From an uncultured cyanobacterium (GTDB taxonomy: Bacteria; Cyanobacteriota; Cyanobacteriia; Cyanobacteriales; Nostocaceae), in assembly GCA_963740315.1 (NCBI GenBank), contig CAVUDP010000004.1:800001-864000 (forward strand): a stretch of 64,000 nt of DNA, in the 5' to 3' direction. The notes beneath the pieces were generated by a model. The model did no database searches and was not told the origin of the DNA. It saw nothing but the letters and a program-made list of their open reading frames with translations. Shown in pieces: positions 54,892 to 64,000 of this stretch. The first letter of the stretch is position 1; every line of letters starts with the position of its first letter. Both the position numbers and the translations under genes were made by a program.

Positions 54892-57768
54892 ATGTCTGTA
54901 TATTTTACGTTATTGCGTATTCGTCGTTTTCCGTATTTACTTTTTGGGCTAGGACTGATCCTGGTTCTATTTCTTGGCGGTGAATCCAGCTATAGTTGTG
55001 GGGTAGCTGCGTCTAACTGCGTAAAGAATGGCAAAGAATTAGTGACAAAAGAAAAAACTATATTATCAATTGCAGAAAACGTTCGTAAAATAACTTTAGA
55101 AAATGGTTTAACAGTCATAACTAAAGAGGTACATACCGCACCAGTAGTAAGCGTTCAGATGTGGTATAAGGTGGGAACCCGTAACGAAAAACCGGGTGTA
55201 AATGGTATTGCTCACCAGTTGGAACACATGATGTTCAAAGGTACAAAAAGCCGTCCCGTACAGTTTGGGCGACTTTTTAGCGCTTTGGGTAGCGATTCAA
55301 ACGCTTTTACCAGTCACGATCAAACAGTATATTACGGTACAGCCGAACGCAATAAGTTAAAAGCACTTCTGACTTTAGAAGCAGATAGAATGCAAAATGC
55401 TGCGATCGAAACGAAGCAGCTAGAAAGTGAAAAGCAGGTAGTAATTTCTGAATTGAAAGGTTACGAAAATAGTCCTGAGTACCGTTTGAATCGGGAAATT
55501 ATGCGGGCAGCTTTTCCCAATCATCCTTATGGATTACCTGTTGGTGGTACAGAGAAAGATGTGTCCCAGTTTACTGTAGAACAGGTAAAGCAATATTATC
55601 AGAATTTTTACAGCCCTGATAATGCAGTATTAGTTATTGTCGGAGATTTTCAAACCACAAAAACTATTAATGCTGTAAAAGAAATATTTGGAAAAATACC
55701 GTTAAATCAAAATACAAAGTCACAAGAAGAAATAGTAATTAAAAATTCTGATACAGCTAAATCCTCCGATCCGATCGTACTCAAACAACCCGGTTCCGCA
55801 CCATTAATTCAAGCTGTATATCCTTTACCTTCTGCGAAACATCCAGACGTGCCAGCTTTAGATATTATGGATTATATTTTGGCAGAAGGACGAAATTCCC
55901 GTCTTTATCAAGCCTTAGTAGATCGAGGAATTGCTAGCGATGTGTCAGCGAGTGTAGTTAGCTTGCAGGATGCAGGTTGGTACGAATTATTAGTTACGGC
56001 AAACTCCGATAAAAATTTATCTCAAATTGAATCAATAATCGATCGTCAAATTAAAGATTTAACAAATGAAGTTAGCTTAGAAGAATTAAATAGAGCCAAA
56101 GCGCAATTAGAAGCCTCAGTAATTTTAAGTAACCGCGATATTACCTCTTTAGCAATGCAGTTAGGTAATGATGAAGCTACTACTGGCGATTATACTTATA
56201 CAGACCGTTATTTAGCTGCAATACAAAAAGTAACAGCCCAAGATGTACGGCGGGTAGCCCAAAAATATCTCAAACAGCAAAGGCAAACAATAGGCTTTTT
56301 TAAACCAACTCAAGCAAAAGCTAAAGAAAAAACCGAGAATAAACAAGCTTCCATAGAAAACAGCGAAAATTTTTCTAAGAGCAGCACAGACAATACCGAT
56401 ATAACTAAATACCTGCCACCAGTAGATTCCACTATTGCTTCCACAAGTCGGATTTTACCATCCAAGTTTACTTTACCTAATGGTTTGGAGATTTTACTGT
56501 TACCAGATAAAAGCACTTCTACGGTAACTTTGGGTGGATATATTAAAGCTGGCACAGAATTCGATCCGCAAGAGAGAGCAGGTTTAGCATCTTTGGTTGC
56601 AGATAATCTAATCAACGGAACCAAAGATAAAGATGTTCTAAGTATCGCGAAAATTTTAGAAGATTGCGGCGCAAGTTTAGACTTTAACACTTACCGTGAA
56701 GGCGTGTACGTTGAAGGTGAAAGCTTGTCAAATGACTTATCAGTGTTAGTTAAAACCCTGGCAGATGTCATCAAAAATCCGACTTTTCCCGCCAAGGAAT
56801 TGCAGCTAACCAGGCAACAAGCTTTAACAGCCCTCAAGCAGGATTTAGACGATCCTCAAGAAGTCGCCGAAAGAACTTTTTTACAAGCAGTTTTTCCCAA
56901 AACACATCCCTCTCACAGTTTTCCTTCGCGAGAGAGTTTGCAGCAAATTACTCGTAAAGATGTAGTCAATTTCCAGAAAAAGCATTATCGTCCCGATACT
57001 ACAGTATTAGCTTTAGTTGGTGACTTTGAACCAGCAAAGGTAAAAAAACTCATTGAAAAAGAATTTGGCAATTGGCAAGTTTCGGGTAAAACGCCCCAAC
57101 TCGAATACCCGCAAGTATTTTTGCCCCAATCAATAGTGCGCGTTAACCCGGTAGTTCCCGGTAAAGCCCAAGCAATTACTTTCATGGGTAATAAAGCGAT
57201 TAACCGCCAAGATCCTCGATATTATGCAGCAAAAGTTTTGAATCATATTTTAGGTGGCGATACTTTATCAAGTAGACTTGGTTCTCAAGTGCGCGATCGC
57301 TTGGGTTTAACATACGGTATTTATAGTAACTTCTTAGCGAGTAAAAATTCTGGAACGTTTCTGATTGAAATGCAAACCAGTCCAGAACATACCACCCATG
57401 CGATCGCCAGCACGCGGCAATTGCTAGAAGATTTACACCTCAAGGGCGTAACACCTGCGGAGATTGAGACTGCAAAACATAATTTGACTGGCAATTATAA
57501 TGTTTCTCTCGCTTCCCCAGATGAATTAACCTACAGAATAATTAAAAACAACGTATTAGGTTTAGATACAGAAGAACTACGTAGCTATACTGAAAAAATT
57601 CAAGCAGTCACCCCCGCTCAAGTCAATCAAGCAGCACGCGAGCTACTTCATCCAGATAAAATCGTAGTAGTTACCGCAGGACCGGCAGAATTAACGGATC
57701 GAAGCAAAAAAAGCGATCGGTTATCAGTAACCAATGAACGGCGAATCATCAAAAATAAAGAGTTTTAA
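54892..57768 (+). CDS. M16 family zinc peptidase (pitrilysin/PqqL-like)
   Basis: GIAHQLEHMMFKG (HxxEH), NAFTS, duplicated M16 halves, N-terminal signal. Confidence 0.93.
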   Translation: MSVYFTLLRIRRFPYLLFGLGLILVLFLGGESSYSCGVAASNCVKNGKELVTKEKTILSIAENVRKITLENGLTVITKEVHTAPVVSVQMWYKVGTRNEKPGVNGIAHQLEHMMFKGTKSRPVQFGRLFSALGSDSNAFTSHDQTVYYGTAERNKLKALLTLEADRMQNAAIETKQLESEKQVVISELKGYENSPEYRLNREIMRAAFPNHPYGLPVGGTEKDVSQFTVEQVKQYYQNFYSPDNAVLVIVGDFQTTKTINAVKEIFGKIPLNQNTKSQEEIVIKNSDTAKSSDPIVLKQPGSAPLIQAVYPLPSAKHPDVPALDIMDYILAEGRNSRLYQALVDRGIASDVSASVVSLQDAGWYELLVTANSDKNLSQIESIIDRQIKDLTNEVSLEELNRAKAQLEASVILSNRDITSLAMQLGNDEATTGDYTYTDRYLAAIQKVTAQDVRRVAQKYLKQQRQTIGFFKPTQAKAKEKTENKQASIENSENFSKSSTDNTDITKYLPPVDSTIASTSRILPSKFTLPNGLEILLLPDKSTSTVTLGGYIKAGTEFDPQERAGLASLVADNLINGTKDKDVLSIAKILEDCGASLDFNTYREGVYVEGESLSNDLSVLVKTLADVIKNPTFPAKELQLTRQQALTALKQDLDDPQEVAERTFLQAVFPKTHPSHSFPSRESLQQITRKDVVNFQKKHYRPDTTVLALVGDFEPAKVKKLIEKEFGNWQVSGKTPQLEYPQVFLPQSIVRVNPVVPGKAQAITFMGNKAINRQDPRYYAAKVLNHILGGDTLSSRLGSQVRDRLGLTYGIYSNFLASKNSGTFLIEMQTSPEHTTHAIASTRQLLEDLHLKGVTPAEIETAKHNLTGNYNVSLASPDELTYRIIKNNVLGLDTEELRSYTEKIQAVTPAQVNQAARELLHPDKIVVVTAGPAELTDRSKKSDRLSVTNERRIIKNKEF

Positions 57769-57932
57769 TTAATAACTACGGTGGTACTTACTCCTAGCTC
57801 CTAACTCCTAACTCTCCTCATTAAGGGCAAGAGGCGCAAAATAAGTTAACTTAAAATATAGTATTGTTTCTCAATAATCGCGCTTTCAATCAATTTACGT
57901 TTAAGCGATAACACACAAATAATTATTAACTT

Positions 57933-58760
57933 ATGAACATCTTCAGTAACCTGCTTTCTCAACCATCTCAAGATAGTCGCCCAAAAAGACAGCGTAGAGG
58001 GATTGAAATCAAATCGCCGCGTGAAATTGAAATTATGCGTCAATCTGGGAAAATTGTCGCAACTGTATTAAAAGAAATTTCTGAGTTGGTAAAGCCGGGA
58101 ATGACTACAGCAGACTTGGATGCTTATGCTGAAAAACGCATCCGCGAAATGGGCGCAACACCAAGCTTTAAGGGATATCACGGTTTTACAGGTTCTATTT
58201 GTTCTAGCATCAACAACGAAGTAGTACACGGTATTCCCAACCCTAAAAAAGTCATTCGCACCGGAGATGTTTTAAAAGTTGATACTGGTGCTTTTTTTCA
58301 GGGATTTCACGGAGACTCATGTATTACAATTGCCGTTGAAGAAGTAAAGCCTGCTGATGCAAAATTGATTCGTGTTGCGGAAGAAGCTCTTTACAAAGGC
58401 ATCGAACAAGTTAAAGCTGGTAACTATTTAATGGATATTGCCGGTGCGATCGAAGACCACGTAAAAGGCAACGGTTTTAGCGTAGTCGAAGATTTTACCG
58501 GGCATGGTGTCGGTAGAAACTTGCATGAAGAACCTTCCGTATTTAACTTCCGCACTCGTGAAATGCCTAACGTCAAATTGCGTAAGGGAATGACGCTGGC
58601 AATTGAACCAATTTTAAATGCTGGTTCTAAACACTGTAAAACCTTATCCGACCGTTGGACGGCAGTAACTGTAGATAATTGTTACTCTGCACAATTCGAG
58701 CATACCGTATTAGTAACAGAAACCGGATACGAGATTTTAACAGATAGAACAAAAGTTTAA
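57933..58760 (+). CDS. map: methionine aminopeptidase type I
   Basis: [35 protein letters not shown]. Confidence 0.96.
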   Translation: MNIFSNLLSQPSQDSRPKRQRRGIEIKSPREIEIMRQSGKIVATVLKEISELVKPGMTTADLDAYAEKRIREMGATPSFKGYHGFTGSICSSINNEVVHGIPNPKKVIRTGDVLKVDTGAFFQGFHGDSCITIAVEEVKPADAKLIRVAEEALYKGIEQVKAGNYLMDIAGAIEDHVKGNGFSVVEDFTGHGVGRNLHEEPSVFNFRTREMPNVKLRKGMTLAIEPILNAGSKHCKTLSDRWTAVTVDNCYSAQFEHTVLVTETGYEILTDRTKV

Positions 58761-58856
58761 ATTTTGTAGAGACGTAGCAGTGCTACGTCTCCATGCTTGC
58801 GGGAAAACAAACCATTCAGCTAATTGTACGGTCGATCGTTGTACGGCTCATCAAAA

Positions 58857-59531
58857 CTAATTTTCAATTTCGTCAAACTTTGCCCGCACGGCTTGAATAT
58901 CCTGCCACATTAACCATTTGGGGCTACCAACTTCGCGAGAAGAATTACGTAGCAAGTAGGAAGGATGAAAAATCGGCATACACAAACGCCCAGACCATTC
59001 TATCCACTGTCCGCGAATTTTGGTAATTCCACGTTTTTCTGCGAGTAAACCTTTTAGAGCAGTCGCACCTGTCAAAAGGATAATTTTGGGATCGACTAAG
59101 CGAATCTGTTCTAAAAGGTATGGTTTACAAGCTTTGATTTCTTCAGTAGTGGGATTGCGATTGTCAGGAGGACGACATTTATTAATGTTGGCGATATATA
59201 CATCTTGCTCGCTATCGAGTTTTACTGATGCTAATATTTTCTCAAGAAGTTGTCCGGCGCGTCCAACAAAAGGTAATCCGGTTTCATCTTCATTTTGACC
59301 GGGTGCTTCTCCAATAATCATGATGGATGCTTGAAGATTTCCTCTGCCGACGACGGCATTTTGGCGAGTCTCTCCGAGCGGACAGCGATGACAATTATTG
59401 CAATGTTCTGCCAATTCCGTCATGCTAGGATAAGTGCCTTGGGGAATAGGAACTTTGGCATCTTTGGGAATTAGTTCTTCTTGATTAAAAGTTGAGTCCT
59501 CGAAAAGACTTAATTGGTTTTTGCTGCTCAT
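58857..59531 (-). CDS. uracil-DNA glycosylase family 4
   Basis: CxxC, GEAPG..ED..G.PFVG, KCRPP.NR, FHPSYLLR; start set to MSSKNQLSLF. Confidence 0.92.
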   Translation of the reverse strand: MSSKNQLSLFEDSTFNQEELIPKDAKVPIPQGTYPSMTELAEHCNNCHRCPLGETRQNAVVGRGNLQASIMIIGEAPGQNEDETGLPFVGRAGQLLEKILASVKLDSEQDVYIANINKCRPPDNRNPTTEEIKACKPYLLEQIRLVDPKIILLTGATALKGLLAEKRGITKIRGQWIEWSGRLCMPIFHPSYLLRNSSREVGSPKWLMWQDIQAVRAKFDEIEN

Positions 59532-59732
59532 TTCAATCCTTTGAATTAGGCTTTGCCCAAACCGACTCATTGGAAATTAAATTGGCGTTTAAGATAATAA
59601 TCTCTAAAAAGATAGGTTTGGCTACGCTTTTTTGCGTAATACTTATATCTATAAACCTCCAATTATATCAGCTATTTCGAGTAGACGACAGCGAGATTTA
59701 AAGCAATGCCGTTGTAAAATGTTTAGTAAATC

Positions 59733-60416
59733 ATGTTATACAACCCACTTTTTCAAAATCGCGAAGCTGCTGGTGAGGAGTTAGCGCAAGCAATTCGTAC
59801 TCAGTTAAACAAACAGGCGGTTGAATCTGGATTAAAACCAGTACCAATTGTTTATGCTTTACCTAGAGGAGGATTACCAGTTGCGTTACCAGTAGCGCGT
59901 TTGCTTGATTGTCCTTTAAAAATAGAAGTCGCAAAAAAAATTACTCATCCCCAAAATGATGAATTAGCTATTGGTGCGGTGAGTGCTTCAGGAAGTGTTA
60001 TTTGGTCGGATAATCGGGTATTTCGCTTCAAGTTTTACTCGCGGGAAAAACGTCAAGCCTCTTTAAATGCTGCGATCGCCTGTGCTAAATCTTTGGAGGA
60101 ACAATTGAGTCCTGCTTGTTCTCAAGCAAATGTAGAAGGAGCAACTATTATTTTAGTCGATGATGGTATTGCTACGGGTATGACTATAGCTGCTGCTGCA
60201 ACCGCTCTCAAAAAGTTAAATCCCGCGCAAATTTGGCTGTGTACTCCAGTTGCGCCTCAAAAATTAATTCCTTGGTTGCAGAAATGGGGCGAAAAAATAA
60301 TTGTCTTAGCAACGCCAGAATCTTTTTTGAGTGTGAGTAATTTTTATGTGGAATTTCCTCAAATCGAAACTCAAGAAGCTTTAGAATATCTTCAGCAGCA
60401 ATCTGTTAAAGGATAA
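59733..60416 (+). CDS. phosphoribosyltransferase family protein
   Basis: FQNREAAG, ALPRGG, ILVDDGIATG. Confidence 0.9.
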   Translation: MLYNPLFQNREAAGEELAQAIRTQLNKQAVESGLKPVPIVYALPRGGLPVALPVARLLDCPLKIEVAKKITHPQNDELAIGAVSASGSVIWSDNRVFRFKFYSREKRQASLNAAIACAKSLEEQLSPACSQANVEGATIILVDDGIATGMTIAAAATALKKLNPAQIWLCTPVAPQKLIPWLQKWGEKIIVLATPESFLSVSNFYVEFPQIETQEALEYLQQQSVKG

Positions 60417-60418
60417 AG

Positions 60419-60528
60419 TACAACCGATTTCATTTGAGTGAGGTACAGAACATATCGTTATAAGGGAGTAGGAAGTAGGGAGTAGGGAGTAGGGGAATGT
60501 ACCTCAACAAGACAGGCAAACTGCTGTA
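60419..60528. repeat. miniature inverted-repeat element with internal GGGAGTA repeats
   Basis: TACAACCGATTT...TGAGGTACA at the left end and TGTACCTCA...AAACTGCTGTA at the right end. Confidence 0.6.
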
Positions 60529-60635
60529 TCAAGGATGAATTATGAATAATCAAAAAATTTAATCTTTTACTAAATGAAAGTTTTAAATAAATTCTGATTA
60601 TAGAATTTAGAATTCATAATTCATCCTATTAATTA

Positions 60636-61709
60636 TCAATCGTATTTCGTTGCTCTGTCGTAGTCGCCAATAGCATAACAAGCAGTTTTAAGACTAGCAC
60701 GAGCTTGATCCTGGCTGCGACGATCTTTAATTGCTAAACCAATTCGCAAACGTTCTTCGTAATAAGACATGGCTCGTTCGTAGTCGCCTAAAGCTTCACA
60801 AGCAACTCCCAAGCTACCTAAAGATTGTTCTTGAGCGCGAGTGTCTTGAATAGTTTTCGCTAACTGTAAGCGTTCTTCATAGTAAATAATCGCTTTTGTA
60901 TACTCACCCAAAGCATAAAAAGCATTACCAAGATTTTTTAACACTTGGATGCTAGTGCGATGGTTTTTAAGTAAGCGAGATACGACGATACAATCTTCGT
61001 AATACTTAGTCGCTTTTGAGTAATTCATTAAAGAATACCAAGCATTACCTAAATTTTTTAATATTTGCTCTTCTCCCCAGTTATCCTGAAGTTCGCGGAC
61101 TAATTTTAAACTTTGTTCTTGATAATCTATTGCCTTAGAAACATTATTAAGAGCTTTATAAACTAATCCTAAATTATTAAGTGCTGCTATAGTCGAGCGA
61201 CTATCTTCTAATTGTTCAGCTACTTTCAAACACTCTTGTAAATGTTCACCAGCCTCACTGTACTGTTTAAGATGACGATAAGCGTTACCCAAATGTGAAA
61301 GTGCCTGTATCTGCAAACGCTCTTCTTGAGTATCGCGAGCTAAAGACAAGCATTGCTTAGCATAAGATATAACGCTTTTATAGTCACCAGAACAATAAGC
61401 TACCAATGCTAAACAAGAAAGCGCTTGAGCCTGTTTTTGAGAATTTCCATCGGCTTGAAATAGCGCGGTGGAGTGCTGTAAAGCCTTGATTGCAGCATTA
61501 AAGTCTCCAGCTTGTTGCTGTTCAATGCCTTGCTGTAATAACTCAGATGCTTCAAATGAATCTTCTCAATCGCTAAAAGGTATCTGGGTTTGTAAAGCTT
61601 CGTCAGCCTCTTTAATATCGCACTCTTCTAGATTTGCTTTTCTTAATTCAGTAGGTATATGTAAAGGAAGTGTATTTTTCAAACTTGCATCCCATTTACT
61701 TTTTTGCAT
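60636..61709 (-). pseudogene. tetratricopeptide repeat protein with an in-frame TGA at 61566-61568
   Basis: TPR ORF 60636-61406 (LGNAY..L..Y..A) is open upstream to a single TGA. Beyond it the same frame continues 47 codons to an ATG at 61709 with a GGGAG RBS. Confidence 0.8.
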
Positions 61710-61747
61710 CGACCGCTTGCTCCCTGTAAATAATTATTGTTAAAGTT

Positions 61748-61756
61748 AGTATTCCC
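61748..61756 (-). promoter_or_regulatory. putative SigJ-type promoter element GGGAATACT
   Basis: Plus strand AGTATTCCC, about 40 nt upstream of the TPR ATG; matches the recalled Nostoc J-box consensus. Confidence 0.5.
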
Positions 61757-62190
61757 AAAATTTATGCCTTAATTTCATTTATGAAAGAAAAATGTCACTA
61801 AGGGAAAAATACTGAGTATTGACAATCCAATACTCAACTATTTTGATATTTATAAAATTTGTAATATATTTAGTTTTTACTTAATTCAAATCAAATCTTT
61901 TATACTATTATCTTAAATAATCAATATTAAATATTAGGTAAATAATTTGAAATAAACAATAAAAATATTATTTGAAAATGATATTTGTATCTTGTAAACA
62001 TTACCGATCGTAAATATGCGGATTTGAATGGGTAAAGTTACTTAAAATTACAATAACTTCATTTTTTAGTTTTTAACTTCTAGCTTTTAGAAATATATAG
62101 CAATCTGATATGAGTTGTAATAATTTTAGGTGCTGAAAAACCCGATTAAAAAAAACGGGTTGTTTAATTCTCTCTTTTAATAAAGGTGAA

Positions 62191-62982
62191 TCACTTAACC
62201 GATCGCAGTTTATCAACTATTGCTTCATCAAAATTAGCACCAAGCAAATTCGCCCCTTGAAGTTTTGCACCTGCAAGATTTGCACCTGCAAAGTTAGCGC
62301 CTTTAAGATTTGCCCATCTTAAATCGGCACCTCTCAAATCCGCTTCGCTCATATCAGCTTGTAATAAATATGCACTACTCAGGTGAGCTTTAGTTAAATT
62401 TGCTTTGCTTAAATTAGCTTTGTAAAAATAAGCGCTCATCGCTTCCACTTCGTACAAATTAGCGTTTCTCAGTTCAACACCAATTAAATTAGCGCGATAT
62501 AAGTTTGCTCTCCAAAGATTGGCACGGTTTAGTTTAGCTCCACCCAAATCAGCACTTTTAAGATTTGCATCTTTTAAATTAGTGCCAATCAAGTTTGCTT
62601 CATTCATAAAAGCATCTTGCAAATTTGCCGAACTTAAATCAACTCCAATCAAATTAGCAAGAGTTAAATTAGCTTTTCTAAGGTTTGCACCACTCAAATT
62701 AGCAAGACTGAAATTAGCAAGAGTTAAATTAGCTTCTTGAAGATTTGTATTACTAAGATTGGCACTATTAAAATCGGCATTAATTAGATTTGCTTGCACT
62801 AACAAAGCATTTTCTAAATTTACATGACTCAAATTCACCCCTGGAAGATTTGCGCCTGTAAGATTGTATCCATATAAATTTGCCGAACTTAAATCTAATT
62901 TAATTTGAGGATTTCTTTTTCTCCACTCATCCCGCGCAAAGGTACCAGTTTTGAGTAAAGTCAGATGCTCTAAATTTGCCAT
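62191..62982 (-). CDS. pentapeptide repeat protein
   Basis: Continuous A(N/D)Lxx repeats. Confidence 0.93.
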   Translation of the reverse strand: MANLEHLTLLKTGTFARDEWRKRNPQIKLDLSSANLYGYNLTGANLPGVNLSHVNLENALLVQANLINADFNSANLSNTNLQEANLTLANFSLANLSGANLRKANLTLANLIGVDLSSANLQDAFMNEANLIGTNLKDANLKSADLGGAKLNRANLWRANLYRANLIGVELRNANLYEVEAMSAYFYKANLSKANLTKAHLSSAYLLQADMSEADLRGADLRWANLKGANFAGANLAGAKLQGANLLGANFDEAIVDKLRSVK

Positions 62983-62991
62983 GATTAATCT

Positions 62992-63633
62992 TTACTGCTG
63001 ACGCTTTCCTTGGGAATGTACCCTACCAGTTACGTTTTCAATCGCTGCTAACGCTCCATCTGCACCTGCAAGTATATCTTGTTCTTGTCCCCCTAAATAA
63101 AGCCTGCCAAAACTACCGACTGCATTAACGGCAAGGATATTTATTGAAGCAGCTTTCTCGGCTTCATTTGCAGCTAATGCAGCATAAGCAGCAGGTTCAA
63201 CTTCCAATACATACAAAGTTTGTCCCGCTAATAACATTTGTCCTCGTCTAGTACGATTGATCAATTGTGTTTGATAAGCGTCAACATTGCGAATAATTTG
63301 ACTCGAAACCACTCTGGGTTTAATACCTTCATCTCTTTTCACCCCCAAAGCCGCTAAAATAGCCTGTCCAGCAGTACGAGTTTCCCCCTGAGAGCTAGAA
63401 TGCACTTCCAGCAAACCATACAGCCTTTCTACCATCTGCACCCCCGGACGAACCGAAGCAGATTTTAGCGCCACATCGGTAATTCGATTAATTTCTATGC
63501 CAGGAGAGATTTCAACCCACAAAGAAGTGTCTCCAGGTAGTGGTAAAAAACCTTGGGCTACCGTTCCCATATACGCTGCGTGTTGAGGTTGCAAATTATC
63601 AAGATATACAAAACTGCGTAGTTCTACACCCAA
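62992..63633 (-). CDS. ccmP: carboxysome shell protein CcmP (tandem BMC domain)
   Basis: [56 protein letters not shown]; 213 aa. Confidence 0.92.
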   Translation of the reverse strand: MGVELRSFVYLDNLQPQHAAYMGTVAQGFLPLPGDTSLWVEISPGIEINRITDVALKSASVRPGVQMVERLYGLLEVHSSSQGETRTAGQAILAALGVKRDEGIKPRVVSSQIIRNVDAYQTQLINRTRRGQMLLAGQTLYVLEVEPAAYAALAANEAEKAASINILAVNAVGSFGRLYLGGQEQDILAGADGALAAIENVTGRVHSQGKRQQ

Positions 63634-64000
63634 GATTCCGCTCCAGCCATAAGGATAAGAAATATTTATTATATGGATTTAAACTTAACCTACCATAAGG
63701 CGGTTCATAAAGTTTTAAATATTCTTTATCTGCTTTCCTTTTATTAACTATCCCTGTTTTACATAAAGCAAAGGTATGCTACAGACGTAACACACCTCAC
63801 TTAAATATTTTTTTAACTAAGAATTATCCTAGAATGCTTGGGGTGGTATAAAAATTCGGTTATAGAAAATTGGTCTGGAAGATTGTCATCGGCAATGGGT
63901 TTATAACTCCCTTATCATTACCTGACGTTAATTTTTTGCTTTCGCTAGGATGCACGATTTCCACATTAGGCGAGCTTTTGAGATTATCCGCTACAGCAGC

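Noticed and set aside
61566..61568. Selenocysteine recoding of the TGA
   Set aside because: No redox-motif context or evident SECIS hairpin; a TPR leader is an unlikely Sec site.

Overview
A 64 kb chromosomal window from an AT-rich filamentous cyanobacterium. The assignment rests on split rpoC1/rpoC2, psbY, ccmP and frequent HIP1 (GCGATCGC). Dense 7-9 bp tandem repeats and small dispersed repeats suggest Nostocales (inference). Core content: rpsT-tatD-rpoB-rpoC1-rpoC2, hisC, cobD, HU, pilMNOQ, folC, psbY, map, family-4 UDG and ccmP. The most unusual part is an accessory block between rpsT and hisC (about 17.5-26 kb). It holds a BesD/HalD-family Fe(II)/2OG enzyme of hydroxylase type (HxD) divergent from a full-length choline/carnitine O-acyltransferase, then two membrane Ser/Thr kinases, a class A beta-lactamase/PBP-like gene and a methyltransferase. 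Also notable: a signal-peptide-less racemase resembling broad-spectrum (Bsr) racemases, a bacterial PARG-type macrodomain gene, and three interrupted genes (two frameshifts, one in-frame TGA). Small mobile repeats occur nested, duplicated and inside genes. No rRNA, tRNA, CRISPR array or transposase was recognised. All family calls come from motif recognition by eye; no database search was run.
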